A stretch of DNA of 64,000 bases from Oikopleura dioica (GCA_907165135.1 OU015566.1:14384001-14448000); one strand, 5' to 3'. Shown: positions 36,813 through 49,700, counted from the stretch's first letter. Notes: generated by a model not told the origin, from the letters alone. Program-made: numbers and translations.

Positions 36813-36942
36813 GTTTGGACTCTTGGGAGCACACCGGACCGAAGTTCTGCCCTTGTTATTTGTCCATCGTCAGCTAATACTCCAGTGAATGCCTGTAATG
36901 GAGTATCAAACAGCTTTAGCTTAGCTGAACTAAGCTTTTTTG
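36813..36942 (-). pseudogene. Truncated duplicate of a 3' exon of the neighbouring ceramidase-like gene
   Basis: Closely similar to 37517-37645 (KLFDTPLQA...LADDGQITRAELRS.VLPRVQT), then runs into a stop. Confidence 0.75.
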
Positions 36943-37269
36943 AGTCATTCATAGGTAAGGGACTTAACGAGCTTGCAGGTAACTGCCAATTTCAGAAAGA
37001 AAATTTGTATTCGCCTCAGAGCCGGAGCGAGAGCAAGTGAAAGTCGAAATTAATGACTGGTTGTCAAGATACCGATGTCGAATTTGATTGATCGAGGATG
37101 GAATGGTATTCTGACCCAAAAACAGTTTTCGTGGATTGAATCCACTGGATTCAATAATTTAATTTCTAAGACAAAACCAACAACAACGACTACTACGACG
37201 ACGACTACTATCGTGACAAGTTTGAAGTTCAAGATGAAAATAAACAGCGTAATTTTATCTAACTGGTAT

Positions 37270-40200
37270 TTATTTTTCAAAGCAGTGCAAAGAATAATTA
37301 ACCAGCGAGTCGACATCAATCTCGTGATAGATCTGAAAACGTAAGTCACGTGCTACGGAACAGTTACAGTCACCTGATTGTAAGCTTCGATATTTGAGTA
37401 GTTTTTAGCCGGCCGAGCTACTGCAATGTGCAGTTTATTGTCTGAAAATGAAGTCGTGATGAAAAATATTAAAAAAGTCACCTTTTGAACTGTAAATAAT
37501 AGACTGCAAAAGCCCCGTTTGGACTCTAGGGAGCACGTCGGAGCGTAATTCTGCCCTTGTTATTTGTCCATCGTCGGCTAATACCGCACTCAATGCCTGT
37601 AATGGAGTATCGAACAGCTTGAGCTAAGCCGAACTGAGCTTTTTGGAGATTCACAAATAATCAGTTGATACTTAATACTCCGGCTTGAAGAGGGCATCAT
37701 TGTATTTCGGGCATTCCCAATCCACCCCCAAATAAACTGTGTTCTCGATGACTCCCGGATCAGTTGGGTTTTCGTGGAATTCTTCCAACACTTCATCACT
37801 TCAAATTCAACATACTAATCTACTGAGACAGGGTTAAAGAGAACCTGTAGATAAGCGTCGTTATTGTATGATTAGCTCCCTGTTTCGTGTCTGCCACCCC
37901 GACAAACGCGTCCAAAGTCCGCTCTTTGCTCTTCATAAACTCAAAAACTTCTTCATAACTTGCAGAAATCTCCAAGGCCTCTCGGATCAGCATCGGAAAA
38001 GGTGTTCCTTCGGGTTGTTTGGCTTCTCCAGAGGGGTGAAATATAGATTGGTCTGGAAGTTGAACAATCGTTGAGGAAATAAGAATGCCATCTTCGTTGA
38101 TTCCAAAGGACATACCAAGCTTTCCCGCCCAGGAAACACTTTGATTCTTTCATTTTGTGACAAAAATCTTAGCTAACCTGAGAATGGACTTTTTATTGCG
38201 ACTGTGGTAGACATTTATCTGCGGAAATTCCCTAAGGACTTCAATTTTAAGAGTCGATTTCAAGCTCTTTTTACCTCAACCAGGGGTCTAAATTCGCAGT
38301 GCGAATTCGCTTTATTGTGAAGCGATGCGAAGCGAAGCGAATTCGCTTTCGCTTCGCTTCGCACTGGAGAGCAGAATTCGCTTCGCTTTCGCTTCGCAAA
38401 AATTCCCAAATTTTCGCATAGATTTTCGCACATCAAGCGACTTTGCTATTCGGAAGATTCTTTATCAAAGAGTTGGAGAGGGGCATTATTGTCAATAATT
38501 TATTGATGCTGTTATAAATTCAAGTTTTCTCAGTCTTCTGAAGACGAGTCTAATGATGGGTCTGACTCTCAATAAATCCAAGGATTGACTGGTTATCAAG
38601 CTGATCCTACCCCGGAATACACGTTGTCACCAGCCTTTTGCTAGTATGCTTGTAAGTATGCTAGAATATTTTTGAATGATCAGAATGATCTTTATGAACA
38701 GGGCTTATCTAGAATCGAAGATGATCTCCTCTCCTATCGAGCAAGGGTGACCATTCGGGCAAGAAATCGTCGATTGGCCATCCGAATGCCCGGCCGAAAT
38801 CAAGGGCCAAGAGTCGAGCCGTCCGAATACCCGGTCGAGCTGGTGATGGGATTTTCAATAGATAAGGGTTTTGCCCGAAAATTGTCCGTTTTCCCCGACT
38901 TCCCGATGCTCGAACGATCACCTCCGCTATCGAGTTTGTTACTAACTTGAAATTATCAACAGTTAGACCCACCATTCGGCTTATATTGACGAGCTGAAAA
39001 AGGTACAATAACAGATTTTTTGGGTGTAGGGCGCCCAGGTTCACAAAATTTTTAAAAGTACGAAATCAGGGGTTTGTATGCGCTCCGCGCCTGATTTTAT
39101 AGAGAAACTCATTTTTGACGTTATTAACTTTCTCTACAACCGCGCCTTCAGTCAATATGAGTCACTTTTTTGACCGAAAATTGTGAACCGGGTTCACAAA
39201 ATTGTGAACCAACCGATTGTGAAGTTCACCCAGGTTACCTGGGCGCCCGCCACCCGATTTTTTTGTTATTTTCTGCTCCAAAAATAGGTTTTTGAAATCA
39301 TCTTTCAATCCGAGCATCCGAGAATGCGGTTCAATTCAAGCGAAAAAATTTTCGCTTTTTTTCGCAATTTTCAATGATATTTCGCTTCGCTTTCGCTTCG
39401 CACATGGGCGAAGAATTCGCTTCGCTTTCGCTTCGCAAAAAATTTGAAAAAATTGTTCGCTTTCGCTTCGCTTTCGCACTAGGATTTCGGCTGATATTTA
39501 GACCCCTGCCTCAACGGATTCTCAAAATCGCCATCAAGAGTCCTCGCAATCAGCAAATCGTTCCCTTCATTTCCAAGTTTATCTCCCCAGATTCCTCAAA
39601 TCCAACATCATTAATGTCCATTCAAATGGAAGATTATGCTCACCGATGATGCTTCCGTGAGATTCACTTCGCTCAGTAAGCAAGTTCATCCAGAGGATTT
39701 TCGCTCTTAGCTCCGGCTTTTCCAATCCCGGCTGATGGAGGGTATGCATCAGGACTCCGTCGCTAATGCCGTCAAGTTCAAGCTTTATGTCCTCACTGAA
39801 TCGATGTTGCTTTCTCTTTATACTGTCATTACCTGATATAATCCCATGTTTGATCCCGAAGCTCTTCGAAGTCTCGATCGAGTTTTTGCTTCGCGCATTC
39901 GTGAAGAAATGTTTCCGGGAGCCAAATAAATTCATCAAGACACTCTTCTTTGTACCAATTCATCATATATTCCTCAGTCTTTGCCAATAAAACCAGAATT
40001 TCCGAACCCATCAAGACTCCCCGAGCAAAGCCCATTTCAAAAGGAGATCCCCAAAGATGAAGAACTGGAATTGAAGCGACATCCGTTTCGATTGTATGTC
40101 TTTCGCCTTTCACGTGACCTATCTGAGCTTTTCACTTGTTACAGTTGGGCTAACTGTAGATAAGCTACTGCCTTGACAAGCTGTTTCCATCTTCGGAGCC

Positions 40201-40495
40201 GAATCCCAAGGGACCTTGAATCGAGATTGAAATCAACGAGGACTTACTCAAATATCGGGATGAAACTCGATCTCCTTCCTTTATGTTTGGTATGTACTGT
40301 AATTCTGGCCCAGTACTGCAATGCTCAGCGGGTCCAGTCGCCCACCAGTAATGCAGCAAGTTGTGTTTTGCCTCTAAAAAGCTCAAAAATCAACGATCCC
40401 GACTTTCCCAATTTTTTACCATCTGATAAAATTCTCCCTGCGATAGTTGTCCCCACAAGAATTGACAACAAAAACGATTTTTTAACTTTTCTCAT
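37270..40495 (-). CDS. Secreted acid-ceramidase/NAAA-like Ntn-hydrolase (Dictyostelium dcd1-like), multi-exon, interrupted by a 1.2 kb transposon at a splice donor
   Basis: Signal peptide MRKVKKSFLLSILVGTTIAG. Motifs PVLHLWGSPFEMGFARG, WG...LLIARTLDGD..PLR|EFPQINVYH, SVSWAGKLG, GTPFPMLIRE, IENTVYLGVDWECP, VLPRVQTGLLQSIIY, EAYNQ. Family call is from remembered motifs. Confidence 0.7.
38281..39508. mobile_element. hAT-like non-autonomous transposon (1228 bp)
   Basis: TIR CAGGGGTCTAAAT...ATTTAGACCCCTG; flanking 7 bp direct repeat CCTCAAC (38274-38280 and 39509-39515); subterminal TTCGC arrays at both ends; no recognisable transposase. Confidence 0.9.
39022..39255. mobile_element. Small inverted-repeat element nested inside the hAT-like element
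   Basis: gggtgtagggcgcccaggt ... acctgggcgcccgccaccc, with internal ttgtgaacc/ggttcacaa repeats. Confidence 0.6.
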
Positions 40496-41902
40496 GTTCT
40501 CTGATGCTCTGATGCTACATTTGACCCGACCGCTTCGATATTTTCCAGTAGATAAATAAGCGATAACATTTACTGCGATAAATATTGGTTCTTTATCGAC
40601 TTTTTTTTTCCCGAGCAGCCAGAATTTTTTCTTTTATTGGCAATAAATTATTGCCGAATTTTTATTGCAGAAAATCGAACTGGAAAGTGAAGAATAAACG
40701 TCCACGTCATTTTTCTTCTTCAAGGAATTCATGATCTAAAATGAACTTTGGTAAAAAGAAGGATGACTTGTTGAATGAGAACCTCATAAACGGGTCACTT
40801 CGGAGGGCGAAGTTGTTGGCCATTCGTTGACAGTATTTTGCGTGCTTGTTCATATTCCTGCCACACTTTTGATAGGTTATCGAAGTTTATATACAGTCCA
40901 GTCGTCAAACTGCACATTAACCCTTTCCAATAAACCGGCAATGCCACGTGATCCAAACCGCATTCGCCCCTTTCTCATGTCTGAAAAATCATCGTAGAGC
41001 CTTTTCATGGTTTTTCTTGGGTTCATTTTTGTTTCATTAAATTACGCAAGAAACGGTATTTACAAAGTAATTCAGTATTCATTCGAAAAACCAACGGGCC
41101 CATCTTGACCTTCAGCAGCGTCGACTTCGACCAACATGGCGGCACTGATCTTGGTTTTGAAACAAAGTGACCAAAATTGATAGTTCTAGGAAAAAAGATC
41201 CAGGTCGAGAGGAGTTCGAACTCCGATCAGGCAAAAATTTCACCTTGAGTCAATCAAATAAACCATTAAACTTACGTCAAGAGACGAATAACTGTAAATT
41301 GGACAAATATCCAGCCCACAAAAATTCTCGAAGCCTTATCATTTTTAGGAGTATAAAATCTGTCTGTTTCAGTCTGTTCCTGATGAATAAATATAAATTG
41401 CTCAATTTCATTTTATTTTTTTTTTCTTTTCTCGATTATTTTTCGTTTTTTATTCTGTTGACTCTGGTAACTGAGCGCTTTTATATGTTTTGGTGGATAT
41501 ATATTTTAATAAGATGTTGAATACTTGCATAGGGAAACTAACTCGCTGGGGAACTGGGCCATTTGGCAATGATCCTTTTACGTCAATTTCCAAAACGCTT
41601 GCGAAAATACGGCTTATTGGAAAATGGTTTTTGAGGATGAGCCGGTTTCAGACTAGAAGTTCTGTCTAACTGAAAATTTTCTCATCTAAGAAATTTTTTT
41701 TTCAGTTCCAAAAGAGCAAAAGTAATCCGTCAGATTAGGATTTTCAACTCGACTTGAATGCCAGACCGATTTCAAAAAAGCTCCTTAAAGGTAAGTAAAT
41801 TACTTATTTTTTCGCCGCGGAGTCTCAAATCTGTTACGAGAAGGTATTAACAAGCGGTGTCAGTTGATTCGATTCACTTCAGGAGTCGAATTCTAGTTTC
41901 GA

Positions 41903-44406
41903 ATGAAATCGAGAATCAAGGAGGAGATTCAGCCCGTCGATGAGGCAAAACCGCTCAAGATTAAAAACGCGAAAGGTCGGAAAAAGAAAAAAACTCAAGT
42001 TGACGAAGAGATGATTCGTATTGAAAACTTGGCTTTTGATAAAGAAATGGACGACAATTTCAAACAATTCAGCGGAATGAAAATTCAGGTATTTTGATCT
42101 TAATAATTCTTATCCTACCTCTTCTTAAAATTGACGGCTAAAAACGTGATAGATATTTTTGAATAAATAAAAATAAGTGTTTGGACTGCGAATGCTTCGG
42201 AACTCTGCGAAAAGTTGGCGACAAAGTCTATCTTCTCACCGAAGAAGTTCTCTCTACCCGCAGCATTCATACGCAAAAGGCGGATTTGCAAAAAGATAAA
42301 ACATGGAAGGAAAAAGTGAGCCTGGCTGAGCACGGATTCGCCACCGACAAGCAGCAATACAGCTACCTCGGACTGGGATCGCTTTTCTGGATAACCATCA
42401 TGCTTATAAGTTTTAAACTTATTCATCTGTTTTATTCATAAAACTCCTTTCAGCGAATTGGCACTCTCTCCAAAGTTCAAAGGCAGTAACGACTTTCTTG
42501 ACTTCAACCTGCAGCCGAAACTACAAAGAGTGCGTCAAAATTGCTGAAATGGATATTTGCGGCCATTTGATGAAGCAATGCTACGAGACTGAAGAGTTCA
42601 TCCTCCCTGAACCGGTTTCTAAAATCGAGCATGTCAAAGCTGCGCCCCTCGAATTCTCCGAGGAAGAAAACGAAGTGAATCTGCGCCGATGCCAAAAGAA
42701 GCAGTTTTACGACCAGAATATCTGCCGCCATCTCTGCTCGACAACACTTGTACTGAAATCAACAAGGACTAACCCGATTTCTCCTTGTGAATCGATGTGT
42801 TTTGAACTGACTAAATCTTCTGAGTCAGCAGGACAAGTCTGCCCAACTCAAAAATACTGTCGGAATGGCTGCCCTTGCCCATTTTACGAGTGCGAAAAAT
42901 TCGATTCGCGGCAGAAATTCATTCCCGTCTTCGATTTGAAATCACAAATGAACACTCAATCAAATGAATACCTTGACCCCATAACTGAGCGTTGGGCAGA
43001 CCGCGTTAATGTTGGTCTCGAATTTCGAAAATTCCAATTTTCCGATTTCAACGGGAATGACAGAAAGATCAAGATATCAGATTCTTTCATACCTTATGAA
43101 CGTTTTTTTTTTATTTCCAAGCATTTCTCTTTCAAAACGAAATAAACAAAAACGGTAAAAGTCTACTGGTGCCACTTTTCTCAATGGCGAACATTATTTG
43201 GTCGATGCGATTGGCAATCTTATGAAAGTCAAGGAAAACGGAGATTCCCCCATTTTTATTGACAATCGACGTAATGGAATGTAAGAATGAATAATTTTTT
43301 GAATTTATCTTGCAAAATTCAGAGGATTTTTCGTGTTTCACTTTGGCTCCTCTATTGGAACTCATCATATCGAGATTCGTTTTGAAGAGAAGGGGACGAA
43401 GGTTTTCCCAGTTGTTGTCATCTGAAAAAGGTCAAATAGATTGGAATTAAATTTAACCTACCTTTTCTGACCGATGAAAAGTTCTCCTACTGGAAAACAG
43501 GACAAATGCTACTACTACGCTCCAGAATACAACTTGGAACGTTTCGAAGAGGCACAAGGTTATATTGCCAGTAATCATTTCAATGCCAAAGTGTCGTCGA
43601 CAAGTTTCAAGGGAGTATTCTATCTTATGAGCGTTAGGATCAGAGTTCCTTATTCACCTCACCCAATATTCGCCTAAGTGAAGGTAGGTGAAGATGCAAA
43701 TTTTTTACTTCACCTTACTTCACCTTATTTTTTCGAAAATCGGCTTTCACCTAAGTTCACCCAAAGGTGAGGTTTAGGTGACAAGTTTTCACCTCACCCT
43801 TGGGTTAATGTGAAAGGGTGACTTTGGAACTCTGGTTAGGATGGGCGATTCTTACATCAAACTCTCAACGACTTTAGCTCTGAATAGGATTCGAAAAAAC
43901 GAAGAACTCGACAAAGGGTGGAGGAAAAATGAGATTCAGCTTCCGGCAGAACTCAGAGACCTTAATCCTGTTCACGTCGTCCCTTTGATAGGAGTTGAAA
44001 ATATTTTACCAAGATAATTTTGATTGCCAGACATAATAAGCATTATTTTTTATCAGACATTATCTAAAACTTAATAAAGACGGATCTAGGAAAACTGCTC
44101 CTTATTCTGGTGACGAGGAGTGTTGTTCTTTCAAATACATTGTACTCGTTGTTGTTGGAGGCGGAGGGGAAATTTTTCACTCTTGGCAGCGAATGGATTG
44201 GCTCTCTCGTCAAATATGAAGAAAAGTCAGTTTGTTTATCGAAATTATTTGCTACCAATGATCCATCTTACACTGATCAAGGCGGGGTGATTAACGATGA
44301 ATGCGAGTACTTTGGAAATGGAATTATCAATGACGAGAGGTTTTTTCTACAAAGTTATGTGTTTGACGCTTTATTTGAGATCGAATTCGACTTCGGAAAG
44401 GCTTAA
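41903..44406 (+). CDS. Type II membrane protein with Cys-rich region (CP..CRNGCPCPFYEC) and kelch-like repeats; exon boundaries partly uncertain
   Basis: Exon-like ORFs 41903-42086, ~42180-42410 (TM segment YLGLGSLFWITIMLI), 42498-43100, 43474-44017 (with MITE) and 44110-44406. Confidence 0.6.
43641..43834. mobile_element. hAT-like MITE (194 bp) inserted in a coding exon
   Basis: TIR CAGAGTTCC...GGAACTCTG; perfect 8 bp TSD GTTAGGAT (43633-43640 and 43835-43842); internal TCACC repeats. Confidence 0.9.
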
Positions 44407-44504
44407 CAAGACCATAAATGCACTTATACGCCCGATAAGGCCCGCTTCTTACGGTACGTAAAGCAGTCTTGCTAATCTACTAAGAAAAAATCGAGATCGA
44501 GTTC

Positions 44505-46451
44505 GTGCAACAAAAAGCTCAGCAGAAAATACACGTGACGAGTAATCCGTTTTTCGCCTTCCACGACGACGTTTTTCCTGGTTTTTCAAAAAATGCTGCT
44601 CCCCAGCCACGATTTCCTCGGCCAAGCTTTTATCATAAAACAATAGTTCCCGATAATTTCTTTACTTCGCTTGAAGAACTAGCGCATATTTCAACTGTTG
44701 AAATGGAACTCAATGGAAAAGAGAAATTTCAACTCGAAATCGAAGTTGGCACTCGCTTTTTTTTGAAAGACACAAAATTTCTTGAATGCAATTTTTTTGA
44801 CGAAAACACTCTTTTGCGAGTTGGACTTTCGAAAAATGGCTCGTTTTGGATTGAATCCGACTTTTTTGACAAGTTTTTTGTTCAAAGATCAAAGAAGTCA
44901 CTTGATTTTGTGTTTTATTTTCGTTCAAAATCGTTTTTTGTTGAACTTTTTCAGGAAAAGATTGATTTAAATTTGACTAAATTTTTTATAACTATAAAAA
45001 AATCAAAATTGAAGAAAAAGGGCAATAAAAAAGAAGCTCATTCAAAAGTAAAAATAACTGGACTTGAGAAAGTCGAAAGCAGAAAACTCCGGATTTTCAA
45101 GTTCGACCGAGAAACGAAAATCAAAAATTTCATTTTGAAATCTCGATTTGATCCTCAGATAAATGTTATTTTACCTGATTCGGATGGTTTTCACAAACCA
45201 TACGCATTAAAGCCTGAAGGGTCGAAAAAGGAAGAAATATTCATCAGCAGTCCATTCGATAGCCTAAGCATTTCTTACTACGTTTACCACTCGCGACACG
45301 CACTGATAAATGGTCGGCTTCATATTTTTGGTGGATTGATTTCTCGGCAGAAGGTAATAAAATAGAGAAAATAGTCTCGTATTTTTATAGATCGCGCGAT
45401 TGGATGGCTGCCGATTCGTCGAGTTGTCTTCTCGGCTGTTGTATGATTTCAGATATGGTCATTCTGCTGTTACGATTGAAAAAGGCAGCAAAGGTGAATT
45501 TTATATGAATTGTTAGTCATTTAAAAACTTAACAGACTTTTTGACGAAAAATGACGAAAAAGTCCCAATTTTGCTATAATTTTAGATTTTTATTGGTCAA
45601 AAAGTGCTCCGAACAAGTTTTAATGGTGAATTTAACTTCGAGGCACACTAAGAAGCCAAAATATGGCTTTTTTGAAATTTTCGATTTTTTGAGGAAAATT
45701 GTTGACGGGGGGTCCTTAAAAGAAAAATACTTTAAGAATTAAGTTGCGAGTAAATTAAGTAAGAAACATATAAGAAAATTATTTCTAGCTATGATTTGTT
45801 TTGATTTTTTGGACCGAAACAAATGTCAGTTATTTGATGAATTGACAGTCAAACAGAAGGACAAAACGAATATGATACACAGATCTGGAGAATTGGCCCT
45901 GTACAATGGCCGTTTGATTGCCATCGGAGGTGGGGATGCAACAGGAGTAGTTGAGGAATTGACGGAAAATGGATGGAGAGTTTTAAGTCATTTGTCTCAT
46001 CCAAGGTAGACGTTTGCGAGGACTTTTTATTTAAAGATTTTAGATGGATTTCTTATTTTTCTGCGATCGGACTTCCTTCTGGAACTCTTTTGACCAGGGT
46101 TCTTAATCTGCGCTGGAGATTAGAAGTCGAGTCGAGTCGACTTATTTCCACAAGCACTTGTCGATTTAGAACCCTGTTTTTGACCATCGGAGGAATAGAT
46201 GAGAGAGATTTCAAATACCCTGATTTTGAAGCATTGAATGAAATTTGGGAACTGAAGAACGGAAAATGGTCGAATGTTGGCTCACTTTCAAAGGTTTATT
46301 AGTGTATTGATAAACAATTTGTTTGCTTTTTTCATCTATACTCTAGACTGTTTATCAATTATCTGCGATTTTCTTGGACAGCAGCGTATTTGTTTTTCCT
46401 GGCTTGGTTGACGCAGGCTACCCAATTATCCACAAAATTGATCTAGGTTAA
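44505..46451 (+). CDS. Kelch/beta-propeller-like protein, paralogous to 27406-28637 (may be a separate gene or a continuation of the upstream one)
   Basis: GRLHIFGG..QK|IARLDGC, ICF..KCQLFD, GELALYNGRLIAIGG, LLT..IGG, EIWELKNGKWSNVGSL; short introns between blocks. Confidence 0.7.
46095..46176. mobile_element. hAT-like mini-MITE (82 bp) inserted in frame in a coding exon
   Basis: TIR CAGGGTTCT...AGAACCCTG; 8 bp TSD with one mismatch (CTTTTGAC / TTTTTGAC); 82+8 = 90 nt = 30 stop-free codons. Confidence 0.85.
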
Positions 46452-46752
46452 AGTTCTGAGTTGTTTTCAATAATAATTATTAAAGTTAATAAAAAAATTT
46501 GAGTCAATTATGTAAATTCGGAGCTTTAAAAAGACTCGGCTGATAAAATTATTGAAACTCAAGTCATCGCGAAGCAAGAAGAACGGCAAATTTTGAATGC
46601 GATTATTTTTGTGACACCTGTTAATCAGTGCTCCAAGTATTAATTGCCTCGAGAAAATAAAATTGAATTGCTGAAAAACTGGTCGTTTGAAATCAACGAA
46701 GAGATTTTCATTGTCTAAAAGCATAAAATATTATTCTTGAAAGTTAATGATT

Positions 46753-49700
46753 TCAAAGCTCTTTATTTTGTTCAACACAGGGACAAGTATTCAAAGTCAT
46801 CACGAGTTCTTTGTTGCACTCGTCAAAGCAGTCTCGATCAGGAGGACACAAGCGAATGCAATTTGTCTAAAACCAATGTGACTTTCACTTGAAGCAATGT
46901 TCTTACATGAAATTCCAGGGCGTCTTCTCTGCATTCGATGTAGTTTTCGTTGTCAGTTTCAGCGGCTTCGCAGTTTTCCAAGCAAATCGGGTTTTCACAG
47001 CTATCGCAGCCGTTTGGGCACTTTTCTCCACAAGGACAGGAAGAAGAGCACTCTAATTATTATATAAGGAAAAAATAAATTCAGTGAATAACCGGAAAAC
47101 TCGGCGAGACAAGCATTTTCGCAAAGATGGTCGCTGCATTCACTTCTGCATTGAAGATAGTTTAGTCGACAGATTGTGTAGCATTCATCGTAGAGCTCTT
47201 CGTCTCTGGAAGAGAAACAAATTTCAAAACCATATTTCGGTCACTTACGGGCATTTGTCATCTGGTACTTCTGGTCCTTTGTAGCAAGTTTCGGGGCTTT
47301 CGCAAACGAATGATTTTGAAGTTGCATCGAAGGAAAAATTCGCATCTCGAGCAAATTTTACGAAGTAGTTTTCCTGTCATTTGGCTCTCCCATAAAGAAC
47401 ATGAATTTTATAAACATTTATCATTATGAAAATTAATTTCTTTATGAATGAACCATTCGCTGAATAAGTTCTCCATCAAAGCAAGCCGAAAGTTCCAGCA
47501 AATCATCCTCAAGCGGCTTCTCATCCTTCAGATTGGCGGATGTAGCAAGAGTTGAAAACGTGAATTTTCCAGCGTTGTTGTTGCTCACGAACTTTTCAAA
47601 ACGCTGTTTAGATATTCCGACAATTTTAGAAAAATCTCCCAAAAACGCGAATTTTCTGTCGTTCAACAAGGTGATTTCTGCAAAAGTCGTGAGAGAATAG
47701 TTGCTTTGAGGAGTGAAGGTAAACTGAATAATATAAGATCGATTATTCTTGCTTTTTTGATTACCGTTGCGTCTGAACTTGTGTAAGAGCATTTGTTTCC
47801 ACGAGTTGGTTGTGATCGAATGTAGTAAAATTCTGTGTTTTCATCAGCTCCTTGCAAAGATGCTATTGGAAAGGAGAAAGATGTAGTTGTTTGGTGCAAA
47901 AGTATGTAATTGTTTGTCAGTTTGTTGTTTTCTGCATCAACGCCGTCATAAAACTGCATCTGTTGATAATTTTGGGAGGGGAAATCGAGTAGAAATAATG
48001 TCAGATATGATCAACAGTCCTCTATTTCAGCATATGTTTGCCAACGAATCTCCGTTCCTTTTCCAAGTCCATTTTCTTTGCTCCCGATTCCAGCGAGATC
48101 TGCATCCATCGGCGCTGCGGGCACGTCTGGTTTCAAAATGACTCCATCATTTCGACAGCATTTTGACAAGATAGCCCATTTGAACTTTCCTTTTTGGTCG
48201 CCGAAACGGACTGGTCCAGTGCTAAAGTCTATCTTGAAACAGTTCTTTAATTTCTTGGTAACCTCAAAGTAACAGCAGCAATTTGGAATTCGGCGTCGAT
48301 TTTTTGGTATTGGTAGTTGTTCAGGCCGTCGTACTCCCCACTCAAGATCGGACCAGTCATCGGTCGAAGTCCAAGAGCATTTGTGAAAAGACCTGTCAAA
48401 CCGTAATCGAAGTTGAACGGAGAAGTAACCTCCAAAGAATGGACATGGGTGAGCAAGGCGGCGTAGATTCCGATTCTGGGATTTGCGTTGGCGAAAGTCA
48501 TTCCAATACCTTTCTTTGGCCTCGTCCCAGCCGGTACTGCAGCGTTAGAGAGGCCTTCGTGCATCCTTAATTACTTCATTAGAAATAAAAAGAGTGGAAA
48601 ATTTTACGTGAAAAGCCACTCTTCTCCACCGCCGATTTCCAAGTTCGCCCGACAGTGCTGATTCAAAACTTCTTTCGTGTATCTGATGGTCATTTGAGAA
48701 CAGCCAGACCATCGATCATTGAAAAATATATCACTACGCGTATTATAATTCTTAATTTCGGGAAGAGCTTTCCAGTATTGTCTATCATTGACGATCGTGA
48801 TTCCACCATACCAGCATTCATCCCTGTACGGGCAAGGAATATGACTGTCTGTATCTCCTCCTTTTATTTCTGCGTTCCAGCAGACTTTGTTCCGAGAATA
48901 TGGTTCAGAATGAATTTTCTCTTGCCTTGATTGAATTCAATATTCCGCTAAAAATCTTTTAAACTCACCTAACGTTAGCGTCGACTCTTTCACAAAGATA
49001 TTGATCTTGAAGTTGAGGAACACTTTCTAGCTTTGCAGTTGGAAAGCCATACTCACAGTCCATCCCAAAGTTGAGATTATAATTTCGACTCAGCTCATAA
49101 TAAATCTTTGCTGTTCCCCATCGGTCACAAGATGGAGGCTCCGTTTGTGGAGGCTCTAGCGAGGGAGGGCCCCAAATGTTATTTCGATTGTTCATGTATT
49201 TCTTAAGGCCAAATTCGTCAGTGTCAGCCCACCAGTCGGCCAAGTGAAAATAATTAACCAGAACAGGAGCATCTCCACCAACCAATTCCTTTCCAAGTTC
49301 CATCAATTCGCCAGACAAATCAACTTGAGTCTTCCCATCTTTTGTAACCAGCCCGTCGTAGTAGCTCCCCACAGCAGTGGTGAACATTGCTTTTGCATGT
49401 TGGGGAAAATCATTCTTTTCAATGTCTTCTTTAAAAGTTGAGCAGGGGCAGTCATCGGAGAGTCCCATAGCTCCAAAGACCTTGATCATATCTCCCCACT
49501 TCGCGATAGCTGCTCTCGGTCCTTGATTCGATGTCACAAGAATAGTAGTCGACTCAAACGGGACAAAACCAGTTCCATCCTCTCGTTTCTTCACAAACTC
49601 CTCATAAGCTCCACCGATGTGAGATCGGGCGCCTCTCGACGTACCAAACTCGAGGTCCAGTTGTTCAACAAAACAAGTTTCATCTTCTACTGGAGTCTTG

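Noticed and set aside
37700-37745. Suspected frameshift in the ceramidase-like gene at TVYLG/VDWECP
   Set aside because: Recounting the C-run (five C) shows the frame is intact.
46467-46724. 85-aa ORF just downstream of the glycosidase-like gene
   Set aside because: AT-rich, low-information sequence in the zone of convergent 3' ends; no support as a gene.
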